Assembly: GCA_026988095.1 (NCBI GenBank)
Contig: JALSLX010000001.1
Coordinates: forward strand, 2,480 to 66,479
Source: Thiotrichaceae bacterium
GTDB taxonomy: Bacteria > Pseudomonadota > Gammaproteobacteria > Thiotrichales > Thiotrichaceae
Length of the DNA stretch: 64,000 nt
Direction of reading: 5' to 3'
Shown here: positions 1 to 10,129 of the stretch, piece after piece
Layout of the letters: every line of letters starts with the position of its first letter
Numbering within the stretch: position 1 is the first letter of the stretch
Notes under the pieces: generated by a model
Told to the model about the DNA's origin: nothing
Databases searched by the model: none
The model's input: the letters and a program-made list of their open reading frames with translations, nothing else
Program-made: the position numbers and the translations under genes

Positions 1-349
1 TAATAATAGAGTCATCAAAAGACTCGCCATTTCCAATAAATTGCAAAGTTTTTCCTTGAACTAAGGACTTTGCTAATGAGGATTTACATATTTGAAAAGG
101 CGCAATACCAACTAGCTTTTTATCTTGGTATAAACCAAGAATAAATAACTCTCTCTCAAAATGATCTTTAAATACTTCCCACCATGTAAATGCCCAATCC
201 CAGCTACTAAAAATGCTATTTCTTTCACACTTATCATATAGTGCATCCCAGTCCATTTGTAAGGATTGAAAAGCTTCAAGTGAGTCTATTAGATGTAAAG
301 TCAAAGATTTTTTTTCTAAAGATGAGAATTTGGGAGCACTTTTGGTCAT
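1..349 (-). CDS. GNAT-family N-acetyltransferase, CelD/BcsL-like (3' end runs off window)
   Basis: Manual translation from ATG at 349: MTKSAPKFSSLEKKSLTLHLIDSLEAFQSLQMDWDALYDKCERNSIFSSWDWAFTWWEVF...KLVGIAPF...LQFIG. The W-x-x-L / F-x-S-W-x-W-x-x-x-WW / LVGIAP pattern is typical of CelD/BcsL GNATs. Not in the ORF track because it is truncated. Confidence 0.75.
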   Translation of the reverse strand, partial: MTKSAPKFSSLEKKSLTLHLIDSLEAFQSLQMDWDALYDKCERNSIFSSWDWAFTWWEVFKDHFERELFILGLYQDKKLVGIAPFQICKSSLAKSLVQGKTLQFIGNGESFDDSII

Positions 350-426
350 TGTTTAAACTTCTATTTAATTTTTATTATCAGAGTCATTTATAAATAACTC
401 CTATCTATGAACAGATTGTACAATTA

Positions 427-2037
427 TTAAGCAGTTTTTCGTGTTCTTTCCTGACAAAAGGATGCTCCTGACAGAGCAAATAGTTTTCTCATATCAGAAC
501 TAAAGCCACAAGGGGCTATTACCTTTATCTCTTTTGATTCTAACTGTCGAATGAAGCTTGCTAATGCCAACTCACGAGTAGTATTCCCTTCAATTTGTTT
601 AACCCATGACAAAGAAAGCCGAACATATTTGGGCTTAATGTTTTTCAATAAACGCAAAGATCTTTTTGACGCAGAGAAACCATCCAACCCAATCTGACAA
701 CGGGATGCCCTAAGTGCTTTTATAAATCTCATATAAGATTTTACATCACTTTTACTAACCTCAGAAGGCAATAAAAATGTTAAGTGTGGAGTTTTATTAT
801 CTATTCGCTTTAAGCTAGGTAGAAACCATTCTGCAAAAGACTTATCAAGGACGGATGCTTCACTAACACGAAGAAACAAATCCACATTTAAGCTTTTTTT
901 CTTAATTAAGATTTGTAACAATCTTGTGAGTTTTACTTTATCCCAAAATATCTGGCGCTTTTCTTGTTGGTTTATAGCACTAGATGAAAATAACAGATTA
1001 TCTATTCCAACACGCTGAGCAATAGGCACTTTTAATGAAAGCATATGACTGGAAATTTTATTTTTATGTCTACTTTCATTAAGTTTCATTTCCACCAGTT
1101 GCTGGGCCGAAATAGTTGCTTCTTTCCTTTTGACTATCCCCATCAAAATAGAATTAGGTGTCACTTTTCGTTTTTCTATTACTTTATCTGTATTCACTTC
1201 TTTACTATCAATTTGTAAATTTTTGCTCTCTACTTTCTGAGTATTTTCCATTTGATTAAAATCAAATTTATTTAAAGGATGCACCCAAAGTTGTAAACAT
1301 TTACGTCCTTTGAAGACTGATGGAATAGCATGGATATTTGCTCTAAATGTTTTCCCATTTGTTTTTCTTAAAGACAGAACTAATGAGCGATTCATTGTTT
1401 GCCTAACATTTTGTTTCTTAATGAATTCATCAAAAATATCATGTTCATCATCAACAATAAGATCTTTTACTGAGATAGAAGGTAATGAATGGATTGAATC
1501 AATATCAAATAGGCCTAGATAAGCTGTATTAGCATAAAAATGTAACTCGCTTGATATAAAAGCAATGGATTCATTGCTTGAATCCACAAGCCATTGACAA
1601 CGTTTTTCAGAAACACCCAACAAGCGTTTACAACGACGAAGCGCCCATTTAATCTGAATTACTTCAATTAAATAAAGAAGATGCAATCGGCTTGCTGCAC
1701 TTTCTTTACTAAAGTGTAGTTTTGAGAATTGTGTATTACCAAAAGGTTTTTTTAGTGATGTGCTCGTTGTTTTTTCAGTCACTATGACAACAATCGCATC
1801 AGAGGCGTATTGCCAGACTAAATCAGATAATACTTCTACAGAAAAAGGAGTTTTATCAGAAATGAAAATAAGGCTCGAAGTTCTTATTTTTTTAAGTGCT
1901 CGTGAAATACGTTTTTTATCGGCACCCACAAGCTTAACCTGAAAATTCAAGTCAAGCTCTTGGAGCATGCCCAACAAGTCATGATAGACCTTTGAACGTT
2001 CCCCAATAAATAAACACTGTAAATCCTTTTTTCCCAT
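427..2037 (-). CDS. fimX: FimX-like protein: degenerate REC + PAS + degenerate EAL, GGDEF absent
   Basis: PAS segment (LVDSSNESIAFI...YANTAYLGLF); C-terminal EAL fold with decayed motifs (IGLDGF, PKYVRLS); lies next to a fimW-like gene as in Pseudomonas. Confidence 0.65.
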   Translation of the reverse strand: MGKKDLQCLFIGERSKVYHDLLGMLQELDLNFQVKLVGADKKRISRALKKIRTSSLIFISDKTPFSVEVLSDLVWQYASDAIVVIVTEKTTSTSLKKPFGNTQFSKLHFSKESAASRLHLLYLIEVIQIKWALRRCKRLLGVSEKRCQWLVDSSNESIAFISSELHFYANTAYLGLFDIDSIHSLPSISVKDLIVDDEHDIFDEFIKKQNVRQTMNRSLVLSLRKTNGKTFRANIHAIPSVFKGRKCLQLWVHPLNKFDFNQMENTQKVESKNLQIDSKEVNTDKVIEKRKVTPNSILMGIVKRKEATISAQQLVEMKLNESRHKNKISSHMLSLKVPIAQRVGIDNLLFSSSAINQQEKRQIFWDKVKLTRLLQILIKKKSLNVDLFLRVSEASVLDKSFAEWFLPSLKRIDNKTPHLTFLLPSEVSKSDVKSYMRFIKALRASRCQIGLDGFSASKRSLRLLKNIKPKYVRLSLSWVKQIEGNTTRELALASFIRQLESKEIKVIAPCGFSSDMRKLFALSGASFCQERTRKTA

Positions 2038-2076
2038 ACTGGGAAGATACGTTAGTGCTAGATTTAAGGAGTAGCC

Positions 2077-2118
2077 TTACCCGACTACTGCAAAAATATT
2101 CAGGACAGGTGGAAGCAA
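2077..2118 (-). other. Candidate 13-codon upstream ORF (MLPPVLNIFAVVG) with AGGAGG SD, in frame with fimX
   Basis: AGGAGG at 2129-2124, 5-nt spacer, TTG at 2118, TAA at 2079-2077; same frame as the fimX ATG at 2037. Confidence 0.3.
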
Positions 2119-2134
2119 AAGCACCTCCTAAGCT

Positions 2135-3841
2135 TTATAGAAACTCCCAAACGCCATCAAAGGACTCTAGTGATCCATCAACGACTTCCTCTTTTTCTGT
2201 ATTTTCGAAACTACAGTAGGAAAAACTTCCAACCGTATCATCCACATTAGTTATCAATAAATGCTGTTGGCGAGCCCCCATCGTTAAGACTAGTTCATCA
2301 CCAGCATGAAAAATAAATCCAGGAAATATAAGATTAGCTTCTTTTCTCGCACCATCTATCGTCGGGAGTAAAATACCCTCAAGAGGTAATTTCTGTGTTA
2401 TCTCGCGGTTACTAATTTCATCAACTGTTACTGACATTCCGTGTAGGGATAATATTTCTAACCCCATTTTTAGGCCAATACCACGGATAGAATCCATCCA
2501 ACGAATAACAGCAATCTGCCATAAATCTTCAATATCCTTAGGGTCTTTAACAGCGACTAACTCCCCCACACGGGCCGTACTAGATTCGCTCTTTATCTGT
2601 CGTATACCATAACCGCCTGAGCTACTATTTTCTGCTTGCCAGCTCTGCAACTGGATATCATAACCATCCGCGAGAGAGTCAAGATCAATATCAGACCAAG
2701 GACTCTCTACGGTATCAGCATTTGCAAGTGCTTCATAAATATTATCGTCTTCTACATCTGCGTTGACTTCTGCAGCAAAAGAATCAATTTCAATATCGCG
2801 TATCATTTCAAGCACATCAGGCATCCGAATGGCCAAAGTCAGTTTTTCTTCGCGTGAAAAACGCTTGTAACGTCGATTGCGAATAGTCGTCAATGCATAA
2901 ACTAAACGCTTTGCCAAACTATGCGTTAGCATTGACCACTTCTCATGTGTGCCTAAATCAGAATTTTCACTTAAACTTACAAACTCATCCAAATGGCTAA
3001 TAATGACTGAAAGATCAAAAATACGGCTGGTCGGTGAATTTACTAGATCACTAACAGGCATCAAAGAAGCTGGCTCATCACTATTTAACAAAGCTACATG
3101 AGCATATTTTGCTTTTACTTGAGAAGTATTATCTAAAACAGAAATATCTCCAATGCATTGTTTAAAGAAGCTAGAAACCTTAGTAACTTCTCCTTGGCGT
3201 AATGTATTAGGTGCAGACAATGCAATAAGATTAACAAGTTTATAATGATCTTCAATACTCATTTGATCATCTTGAGTATCATCTTTGTTAGGTATGATTT
3301 TTTTCTCTACTTTATTTTCACAGGCTAACAAAAATAAATGGTGTATATCATGCCAAATCGCTTTGTCATGTTTCGCATACACTTCATAAGTATTTATCAA
3401 TACTTGGCTCATATAACTAACAGCACGGCCAATAGCCAATAATAATTTCTTTTTTGAAACCATACTTTTTGCTAGCATTTCAAGCGCTGCTAATTGATAT
3501 GAACCCGCTGCCTCCATCTGCAGTGATTTTTTTAAATCAAAAACCTTCTGGCTTCTTTCAGGAAGAGGGAAAGATCGACTTAAAAAATGTCTATCTAAAT
3601 TCTCAAGCACCATTTTAACGTAAGGTAAAACGATATCGGTAATATCAATTCTTGTTTGTGGCGCTATAGAAGATTGGTTCAGGTGCGTCAACCCCATGAA
3701 TAGTTGTCGTGTAGTTTCCCCCATATCTGTCAAAGGTAACTTAGAAACCCATACTCTTGTTTTTGAAACACTACTCAAGTCAAACTCGTGAATGCTCTGT
3801 GGCTTTTTATCCTTTTTATTGGAAGACATAATCTGACTCAT
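2135..3841 (-). CDS. fimW: FimW-like c-di-GMP receptor (atypical PilZ)
   Basis: N-terminal W-x-x-x-LP-x-x-D/LP helical domain; RxxxR (RRYKR) and NxSxxG (NSSSGG) PilZ motifs; adjacent to fimX. Confidence 0.7.
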   Translation of the reverse strand: MSQIMSSNKKDKKPQSIHEFDLSSVSKTRVWVSKLPLTDMGETTRQLFMGLTHLNQSSIAPQTRIDITDIVLPYVKMVLENLDRHFLSRSFPLPERSQKVFDLKKSLQMEAAGSYQLAALEMLAKSMVSKKKLLLAIGRAVSYMSQVLINTYEVYAKHDKAIWHDIHHLFLLACENKVEKKIIPNKDDTQDDQMSIEDHYKLVNLIALSAPNTLRQGEVTKVSSFFKQCIGDISVLDNTSQVKAKYAHVALLNSDEPASLMPVSDLVNSPTSRIFDLSVIISHLDEFVSLSENSDLGTHEKWSMLTHSLAKRLVYALTTIRNRRYKRFSREEKLTLAIRMPDVLEMIRDIEIDSFAAEVNADVEDDNIYEALANADTVESPWSDIDLDSLADGYDIQLQSWQAENSSSGGYGIRQIKSESSTARVGELVAVKDPKDIEDLWQIAVIRWMDSIRGIGLKMGLEILSLHGMSVTVDEISNREITQKLPLEGILLPTIDGARKEANLIFPGFIFHAGDELVLTMGARQQHLLITNVDDTVGSFSYCSFENTEKEEVVDGSLESFDGVWEFL

Positions 3842-3968
3842 AGTAAACCCTTCTTTTTATTTTTTATATTCTATTTGTTTCTAATGTCGTTACTCGTTAC
3901 GACTATATGATAGTAGTGCTGAATTATTTTTATCGTTATATCGCTGTATTCTAACATTTTCGAATCAA

Positions 3969-5009
3969 TTATTCGAGAGCACTCTTAGACCGTTCGCCCG
4001 AAACTTCTTCAACTAAGCGAGGCACTAAATAACCCGGCAAGCTCATTTTCAAATCATTTATGAGCGTTATCGACCTCTTACGATCTACTTCAAAATGCGC
4101 GCCACCATCGACTTTATCCAATTGATGCAAGTAATAAGGTAGAACTTGAAAATCAAACAAACGATGACTCAAAGCCGATAATGCCTCAACACTATCATTT
4201 ATACCTTTTAACAATACCGACTGATTAAGCAACATCACACCCGCTTCACGTAGTTTATTTAATATATCGCCAACGCTTGAATCCAACTCTTGAGCATGAT
4301 TAGCGTGTATGACCATAACTTTATTAATGTCTAAACCAGCTAGCCATTTTAATAACTCATTATTAATGCGTTCAGGTAAAAAAATGGGAATACGTGTGTG
4401 AAACCGTAATGTCTTCACATGAGGAATATCAGCTAAATCATGACACATCATTTTGAGACGTTTATCAGGAATCATCAAAGGATCACCTCCGCTCAAAATT
4501 ACCTCATGAATGCTTTCATCATTACAAATACTGGCGAGTGTCTTCTGCCATTTATCTTTATCTGGCATCGAATCAGCATAGGGGAAATGCCTCCTAAAAC
4601 AATATCGGCAATGTACCGCACAAGCACCCGTTGTAATTAACAGCACCCTGCCTTGATATTTTTGTAACACTCCCGAAGAAATTACCGAATCTAAATCACC
4701 TACAGGGTCAGCAATAAAACCCGCGACAGATTGCGTTTCATTTTGAATAGGCAAAACTTGTTTGAGTAGAGGGTCATTCCAATCGCCTTTAGTCATCCTA
4801 GAAACATAAGATATTGGCACCAGTAATTTAAATCTATCAGGATGATATAAGTGCTTATGATATTTAGTCACATCCAGTTCTAGCAATTTAAGCAATACCA
4901 ATGGATCCCTTATCGCAGATGCAAGTGCGCTTTGCCAAGGAGCATTATCAACATCTTTAAAGGTAACTTGAGATACCCCTTTAACTTTTAGTGCATTAGC
5001 AGTTATCAT
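3969..5009 (-). CDS. epmB: EF-P beta-lysylation protein EpmB (lysine 2,3-aminomutase family radical SAM)
   Basis: CAVHCRYCFRRHFPY radical SAM motif, LSGGDPL, YYLHQLD; divergent from efp. Confidence 0.95.
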   Translation of the reverse strand: MITANALKVKGVSQVTFKDVDNAPWQSALASAIRDPLVLLKLLELDVTKYHKHLYHPDRFKLLVPISYVSRMTKGDWNDPLLKQVLPIQNETQSVAGFIADPVGDLDSVISSGVLQKYQGRVLLITTGACAVHCRYCFRRHFPYADSMPDKDKWQKTLASICNDESIHEVILSGGDPLMIPDKRLKMMCHDLADIPHVKTLRFHTRIPIFLPERINNELLKWLAGLDINKVMVIHANHAQELDSSVGDILNKLREAGVMLLNQSVLLKGINDSVEALSALSHRLFDFQVLPYYLHQLDKVDGGAHFEVDRKRSITLINDLKMSLPGYLVPRLVEEVSGERSKSALE

Positions 5010-5043
5010 TCAATCCTAATTATCTGTGGAGAAGACCCTCAAA

Positions 5044-5616
5044 ATGGCAACCTATAATACCAGCGAATTCAAAAACGGTTTGAAATTTATAATGGACGGC
5101 GACCCCTATACAATTGTAGATAATGAATTAGTCAAACCTGGCAAAGGTCAAGCCTTTAACCGCGTAAAGATTCGCAATCTTAAAACAGGTCGCACCATTG
5201 ACAAAACATGGAAGTCAGGTGAAAAAGTAGAAGCGGCTGATGTCATGGAAGTAGATATGGAATACCTCTATGAAGATGGAGAGTTCTGGCACTTTATGGA
5301 GCCAACAACTTTTGAACAGCACGGTGCGGGTGAAGCAGCAGTTGAAGATGTTAAACACTGGTTAAAAGCTCAAGAAACCTACATCGTTACACTTTGGAAT
5401 GGTGCACCATTAACAATTTCCCCTCCTAACTTTGTAGAGCTACAGATTACTGAGTGCGACCCTGGTGTTGCAGGCAATACAGCGCAAGGCGCAACAAAAC
5501 CCGCTATTGTTGAAACTGGCGCACAAATTAAAGTCCCTTTATTTGTAGAAGAAGGTGAAATGGTAAAGATTGATACCCGCACAGGTGAATATATCTCACG
5601 TGTTAAAGATTCTTAA
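5044..5616 (+). CDS. efp: Elongation factor P
   Basis: VKPGKGQAF (modified Lys), RTGEYISR. ATG at 5044 preferred over the track's GTG at 5026. Confidence 0.97.
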   Translation: MATYNTSEFKNGLKFIMDGDPYTIVDNELVKPGKGQAFNRVKIRNLKTGRTIDKTWKSGEKVEAADVMEVDMEYLYEDGEFWHFMEPTTFEQHGAGEAAVEDVKHWLKAQETYIVTLWNGAPLTISPPNFVELQITECDPGVAGNTAQGATKPAIVETGAQIKVPLFVEEGEMVKIDTRTGEYISRVKDS

Positions 5617-5677
5617 AGGTTTTAGCAACATAAGAAGATAATAGTTAAGTCTTACTCTAAAATGCCCTTTTTTACTA

Positions 5678-5749
5678 ACCACCCCCCCTCTTTTTCGACT
5701 ATTTGTATGTGTTTTCGACTACAAATCGTCGAAAAAGAGGGGGGGTGGT
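5678..5749. repeat. Family-1 palindromic element, doublet (12-bp spacer)
   Basis: ACCACCCCCCCTCTTTTTCGACTATTTGTA-TGTGTTTTCGAC-TACAAATCGTCGAAAAAGAGGGGGGGTGGT. Confidence 0.95.
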
Positions 5750-5777
5750 CTATTATTTAGCCCTATTTTTGATAAAA

Positions 5778-6767
5778 ATGAGCTGGAAACCGACCTCAAA
5801 CCAAGAAACACGCCTATTACGCGCAAAAATGAATCGTGATATTAGAGAATTCTTTTATCAACGTAATGTTTTAGAAGTCGAAACCCCTGCGCTATCACAA
5901 GCGGGCAATACTGACCCCTTTATCCAGTCTTTTCAGACCCCTAGTTTATCTTTAGGAATAGCCTTAGACAGGTATTTACACACTTCCCCTGAATATCCCA
6001 TGAAACGTTTGCTCGCAGCAGGTAGTGGCGACATCTATCAACTATGTAAAGTCTGGCGCAAAGAAGAATCAGGAAAAAATCATAACCCAGAATTCACCTT
6101 ACTCGAATGGTATCGCATAGGTTTTAGCACTAAAGAGCTTATGCTCGAAGTGAGTGAACTATTGCACTTTTTACTTGCCCCCCTGCTCCCATCGCTATCA
6201 CAAAATAATAAAATGATCTCTTACGAGCAACTCTTTCTTGAAAAGTTTGAACTCAATCCCCATATCGCTAATCAAGAAGCGTTACAAAAGCTACAAAAAC
6301 TGATTAATACATTCATACCAAGTTTAAATACAGCAGACCTCGATCATCAGGCTATGTTGGATGCCTTGCTCACACATTGTATAGAGCCAGATTTTGATAA
6401 AGACGGTTTAACGTTTGTTTATGATTATCCTGCCTCACAATCTGCATTAGCAAAGATCAATAAACGTGATGATAATACCCAAGTTGCCATGCGGTTTGAG
6501 GTCTATCTTGGGCAAAGTGAATTAGGCAATGGTTATCAAGAAGAAACAAATTATCAGCGCAACTGCTCCATCTTGCAAAATGAAAATACACAGCGTAAAC
6601 AGATAGGATTAGCACAAGTAACTCAAGATAAACACTTTCTTGAGGCGGCAAAAAGGGGCATTCCAGAATCAGCAGGTGTAGCGATTGGTTTAGATCGAGT
6701 CTTAATGCTGATGGCAGACGTAGATTCAATACAGAAAGTTATTAACTTTCCGTGGGACGTGGCATAA
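5778..6767 (+). CDS. epmA: EF-P lysine aminoacylase EpmA (GenX/PoxA)
   Basis: YLHTSPEYPMKRLLA, HNPEFTLLEWYR, GVAIGLDR. ATG at 5778; the track's start at 5703 lies inside the repeat. Confidence 0.95.
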   Translation: MSWKPTSNQETRLLRAKMNRDIREFFYQRNVLEVETPALSQAGNTDPFIQSFQTPSLSLGIALDRYLHTSPEYPMKRLLAAGSGDIYQLCKVWRKEESGKNHNPEFTLLEWYRIGFSTKELMLEVSELLHFLLAPLLPSLSQNNKMISYEQLFLEKFELNPHIANQEALQKLQKLINTFIPSLNTADLDHQAMLDALLTHCIEPDFDKDGLTFVYDYPASQSALAKINKRDDNTQVAMRFEVYLGQSELGNGYQEETNYQRNCSILQNENTQRKQIGLAQVTQDKHFLEAAKRGIPESAGVAIGLDRVLMLMADVDSIQKVINFPWDVA

Positions 6768-6844
6768 TAACGCGCACATAATTCAGCACAAAATATTTAG
6801 GGGTCTTATATCCCCTAACAGCTTAAATTTAATTGGAGTAAAAC

Positions 6845-7171
6845 ATGGATTTTTTCATCTCAAACGCAATGGCAGCAGGCGAAGCACCTCAAGGTGGTGG
6901 CTTACAATTAGTATTTATGGTTGCCCTATTTTTCGGCATCATGTATTTCATGATTATTCGTCCTCAATCTAAAAAAGCCAAAGAACACGCATCATTACTC
7001 GATGCTTTATCAAAAGGTGATGAGGTTGTAACTAACGGTGGTATTTTAGGTAAAATCACCAAACTAGGTGATAACTTCATTGAGCTAAAAGTATCAGATA
7101 CTGGCACGATGAAAATTCAACGCCACGCCATCGCAAGCGTTATGCCTAAAGGAACAATGAAAGGCGCATAA
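6845..7171 (+). CDS. yajC: Preprotein translocase subunit YajC
   Basis: YFMIIRPQ...KGDEVVTNGGILG; precedes secD. Confidence 0.97.
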   Translation: MDFFISNAMAAGEAPQGGGLQLVFMVALFFGIMYFMIIRPQSKKAKEHASLLDALSKGDEVVTNGGILGKITKLGDNFIELKVSDTGTMKIQRHAIASVMPKGTMKGA

Positions 7172-7177
7172 ATAATA

Positions 7178-7213
7178 TACAAAAACGTCTGAATTTCATC
7201 AGACGTTTTTGTA
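7178..7213 (+). terminator. Intrinsic terminator-like hairpin between yajC and secD
   Basis: TACAAAAACGTCTGA-ATTTCA-TCAGACGTTTTTGTA. Confidence 0.6.
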
Positions 7214-7266
7214 TTCAATATTTTCAATTTCTAAAGCTATACATATAACAACGGGTTAATAAAAAA

Positions 7267-9129
7267 ATGAATCGTTATTCACTGTGGAAATATCTACTCA
7301 TCATCGCTGTGACGGTGCTTGCTATAATATTCGCACTCCCTAATCTTTACCCTGCTCAACCAGCCATTCAAATCAGTGCCGCATCACCAATAGTACCGCT
7401 GGATAATAAAGTGTTAGAGAATATTAAAACGACACTCACCAGCAAAGGTTTATCCACCGAAAGCATTGAAACAATCGGAGAGAATAAAGTTTTACTAAGG
7501 TTTGATACTCCTGATAATCAATTAGCGGCACAAGAAGCCATTAATAAAGCACTTGGTAAAGATTTTAATACCGCTCTAAACCTTGCACCTGCAACCCCCA
7601 CATGGCTACGTGCATTAAACCCGATGAATTTAGGATTAGACCTACGCGGTGGTGTTCACTTTTTAATGGAAGTGGATATGAAATCAGCGATTGAAAAATC
7701 ACTCTCTCGTAATGGCGAGGAGTTTAGGACACTTCTTAGAGAAAAGAAAATTAACTACTTAGGTGTAAAACGTGTTGCAGACCATTTAATTATTAAATTT
7801 AAATCTGAGGAGTTACGCGACAAAGCTAAAGCTGAACTAAAAAACCAATATCGTAATGAGATTGATTTTAGCGACTCAGCTACTACCAAAGGCGCAGCAC
7901 TAAAAGCCGTACTGACACAAACTAATATCAACAACACTAAGCGTTTTGCGCTACAACAAAACATCACAACATTAAGAAAACGTGTCGATTCTCTCGGTGT
8001 AGCTGAGCCGGTAGTTCAACAACAAGGCTTAGATCGCATTGTTGTGCAACTACCGGGTATGCAAGACCCTACTATCGCCAAAAAAATATTAGGAACAACA
8101 GCAACGTTAGAATTTCGTTTAGTAGATGAGGGCCGTGATGCTTACGCTGCACAATCTAGTGGACGCATACCATCAGGCGATATTTTACTTAAAGAACGTA
8201 ATGGCAATCCTGTTCTTCTCAAGCGACGCGTTATGCTCACAGGAGAATATATTACAAATGCCAGTGCAGGCTTTGATCAAAACCAACAACCATCGGTCAA
8301 TATAGTACTCGATAGCAAGGGTTCTAAGCTGTTTGCAAAAGCAACAGGTGCAAATGTTCAAAAGTTGATGGGCGTTGTATTTATTGAACACAAAACAGAT
8401 ATTACTAAGCAAGACGATGGCACCATTAAAAAAGTAACCAAAGTAACCAAAGAGGTTATCAATGTTGCCCGTATTCAAGATCAGCTTAGCAAACGCTTCC
8501 AAATTACAGGCTTAGACTCCCCTCAAGAGTCACACACTCTTGCCCTCTTGCTACGTGCAGGTGCATTGGCAGCTCCTGTTTACATTGTCGAAGAGCGTAC
8601 TGTAGGCCCAAGCTTGGGTGCTGATAATATTTCTGCAGGCTTTAAATCAGTCATTATTGGTTTTGTACTAGTACTAATATTTATGGCCTTTTACTACCGT
8701 GTCTTTGGCTTAGTGGCGAACCTCGCACTAACACTTAACCTCGTTTTAATCATAGCAATTTTATCCATGCTACAAGCCACACTGACTTTACCAGGTATTG
8801 CAGGCATCGTACTAACCGTAGGTATGGCGGTGGATGCAAACGTGCTGATATACGAACGGATAAAAGAAGAACTGCGTAACGGGCTAACACCACAAGCGGC
8901 AATTCATTCAGGTTATGAAAAAGCTTTCTCAACCATTGCTGATGCAAATATCACTACGTTGATTGCAGCAATCGTATTATACGGAATGGGAACAGGCCCA
9001 ATCAAAGGCTTCGCCATCACACTTGCTATCGGTATTATATCTTCAATGTTTACTGCAATTATGGGTACGCGCGCAGTGATCAATTTGATATATGGCGGCA
9101 AGAAAGACCTTAAAAAGCTTGCTATATAG
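7267..9129 (+). CDS. secD: Protein translocase subunit SecD
   Basis: LGLDLRGG, LGVAEPVVQQQG, VGPSLG, GMAVDANVLI. Confidence 0.98.
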   Translation: MNRYSLWKYLLIIAVTVLAIIFALPNLYPAQPAIQISAASPIVPLDNKVLENIKTTLTSKGLSTESIETIGENKVLLRFDTPDNQLAAQEAINKALGKDFNTALNLAPATPTWLRALNPMNLGLDLRGGVHFLMEVDMKSAIEKSLSRNGEEFRTLLREKKINYLGVKRVADHLIIKFKSEELRDKAKAELKNQYRNEIDFSDSATTKGAALKAVLTQTNINNTKRFALQQNITTLRKRVDSLGVAEPVVQQQGLDRIVVQLPGMQDPTIAKKILGTTATLEFRLVDEGRDAYAAQSSGRIPSGDILLKERNGNPVLLKRRVMLTGEYITNASAGFDQNQQPSVNIVLDSKGSKLFAKATGANVQKLMGVVFIEHKTDITKQDDGTIKKVTKVTKEVINVARIQDQLSKRFQITGLDSPQESHTLALLLRAGALAAPVYIVEERTVGPSLGADNISAGFKSVIIGFVLVLIFMAFYYRVFGLVANLALTLNLVLIIAILSMLQATLTLPGIAGIVLTVGMAVDANVLIYERIKEELRNGLTPQAAIHSGYEKAFSTIADANITTLIAAIVLYGMGTGPIKGFAITLAIGIISSMFTAIMGTRAVINLIYGGKKDLKKLAI

Positions 9130-9172
9130 TTGACCTATCTACGCAGAATAGAGATAAAAACAGAGATAAAAA

Positions 9173-10111
9173 ATGAATACTAAAACACAAAGAAACATAA
9201 ACTTCGTTGGTATGCGTAAACCCGCTATGGTTTTGTCATTATTGATGATGATCGCCTCTATTGGCTCACTATTTGTAAACGGGCTTAACTTAGGTGTCGA
9301 CTTCACAGGCGGAACAGTCATCGAAGTAGGCTATCCAGAATCTGCAAATGTTGATGACATTCGTAAAGCTTTAGCCACTGCTAAATATGATGCCTCTGTT
9401 CAGCACTTTGGTACGGCTAAAGATGTTTTGATACGCATTGCACCTCATGAAGGTGTTGATCGCTCTACCGTAGGTGACGGTGTTTTATCCATCTTAAAAG
9501 AAAGTAATGCAGCTGTAGAAATGCGCCGAGTTGAATTTGTAGGCCCTCAAATTGGTGATGAATTACGTGATGATGGCGGAACAGCAATGCTACTAGCGCT
9601 TGCCGGGATACTAATTTACGTTACTTTGCGTTTTGAATTTCGCTTCTCAGTAGGTGCAATTATCGCTTTAGTACACGATGTGGTTATCACCGTTGGTATT
9701 TTCTCCATCACCCGAATGGAATTCGACTTAACCATACTTGCCGCCATACTCGCAATTATTGGTTACTCACTTAATGACACCATCGTGGTATTTGATCGCG
9801 TGCGTGAAAACTTCTTAAAGCTTCGTAAAACAAATGCTGAAGAATCTATCAATACTTCAATCAACCAAACCTTATCTCGTACCATCGTTACCTCGCTAAC
9901 AACACTTTTAGTATTAGCTGCTCTATTTTTCTTTGGAGGGAAAATTATCCACGGTTTTTCTCTCGCTATGATCATTGGTGTAATTGTCGGTACATACTCA
10001 TCTATTTATGTTGCAAGTAGTTCATTATTAATGATGGGTATAACTCGTGAAGCATTATTACCACCTGAAAAGGAAGATGATGGTCGTGAAGACGATGGCA
10101 GTGTAGTGTAA
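9173..10111 (+). CDS. secF: Protein translocase subunit SecF
   Basis: LGVDFTGG, VGPQIG, GYSLNDTIVVFDRVRE. Confidence 0.98.
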   Translation: MNTKTQRNINFVGMRKPAMVLSLLMMIASIGSLFVNGLNLGVDFTGGTVIEVGYPESANVDDIRKALATAKYDASVQHFGTAKDVLIRIAPHEGVDRSTVGDGVLSILKESNAAVEMRRVEFVGPQIGDELRDDGGTAMLLALAGILIYVTLRFEFRFSVGAIIALVHDVVITVGIFSITRMEFDLTILAAILAIIGYSLNDTIVVFDRVRENFLKLRKTNAEESINTSINQTLSRTIVTSLTTLLVLAALFFFGGKIIHGFSLAMIIGVIVGTYSSIYVASSSLLMMGITREALLPPEKEDDGREDDGSVV

Positions 10112-10129
10112 AAAGCCAATTAAGAAATC

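Noticed and set aside
5009-5044. Very short (34 bp) divergent spacer between epmB and efp
   Set aside because: A tight divergent epmB-efp arrangement is the normal state in gammaproteobacteria.
5703-5777. N-terminal extension of EpmA (MYVFSTTNRRKRGG...)
   Set aside because: It is a translation of the repeat; ATG 5778 gives a normal EpmA start.
7178-7213. yajC hairpin begins TACAAAAACGTC, similar to the family-1 inner end
   Set aside because: Only ~12 bp of similarity, opposite geometry and no C7/G7 tract; an ordinary terminator explains it.
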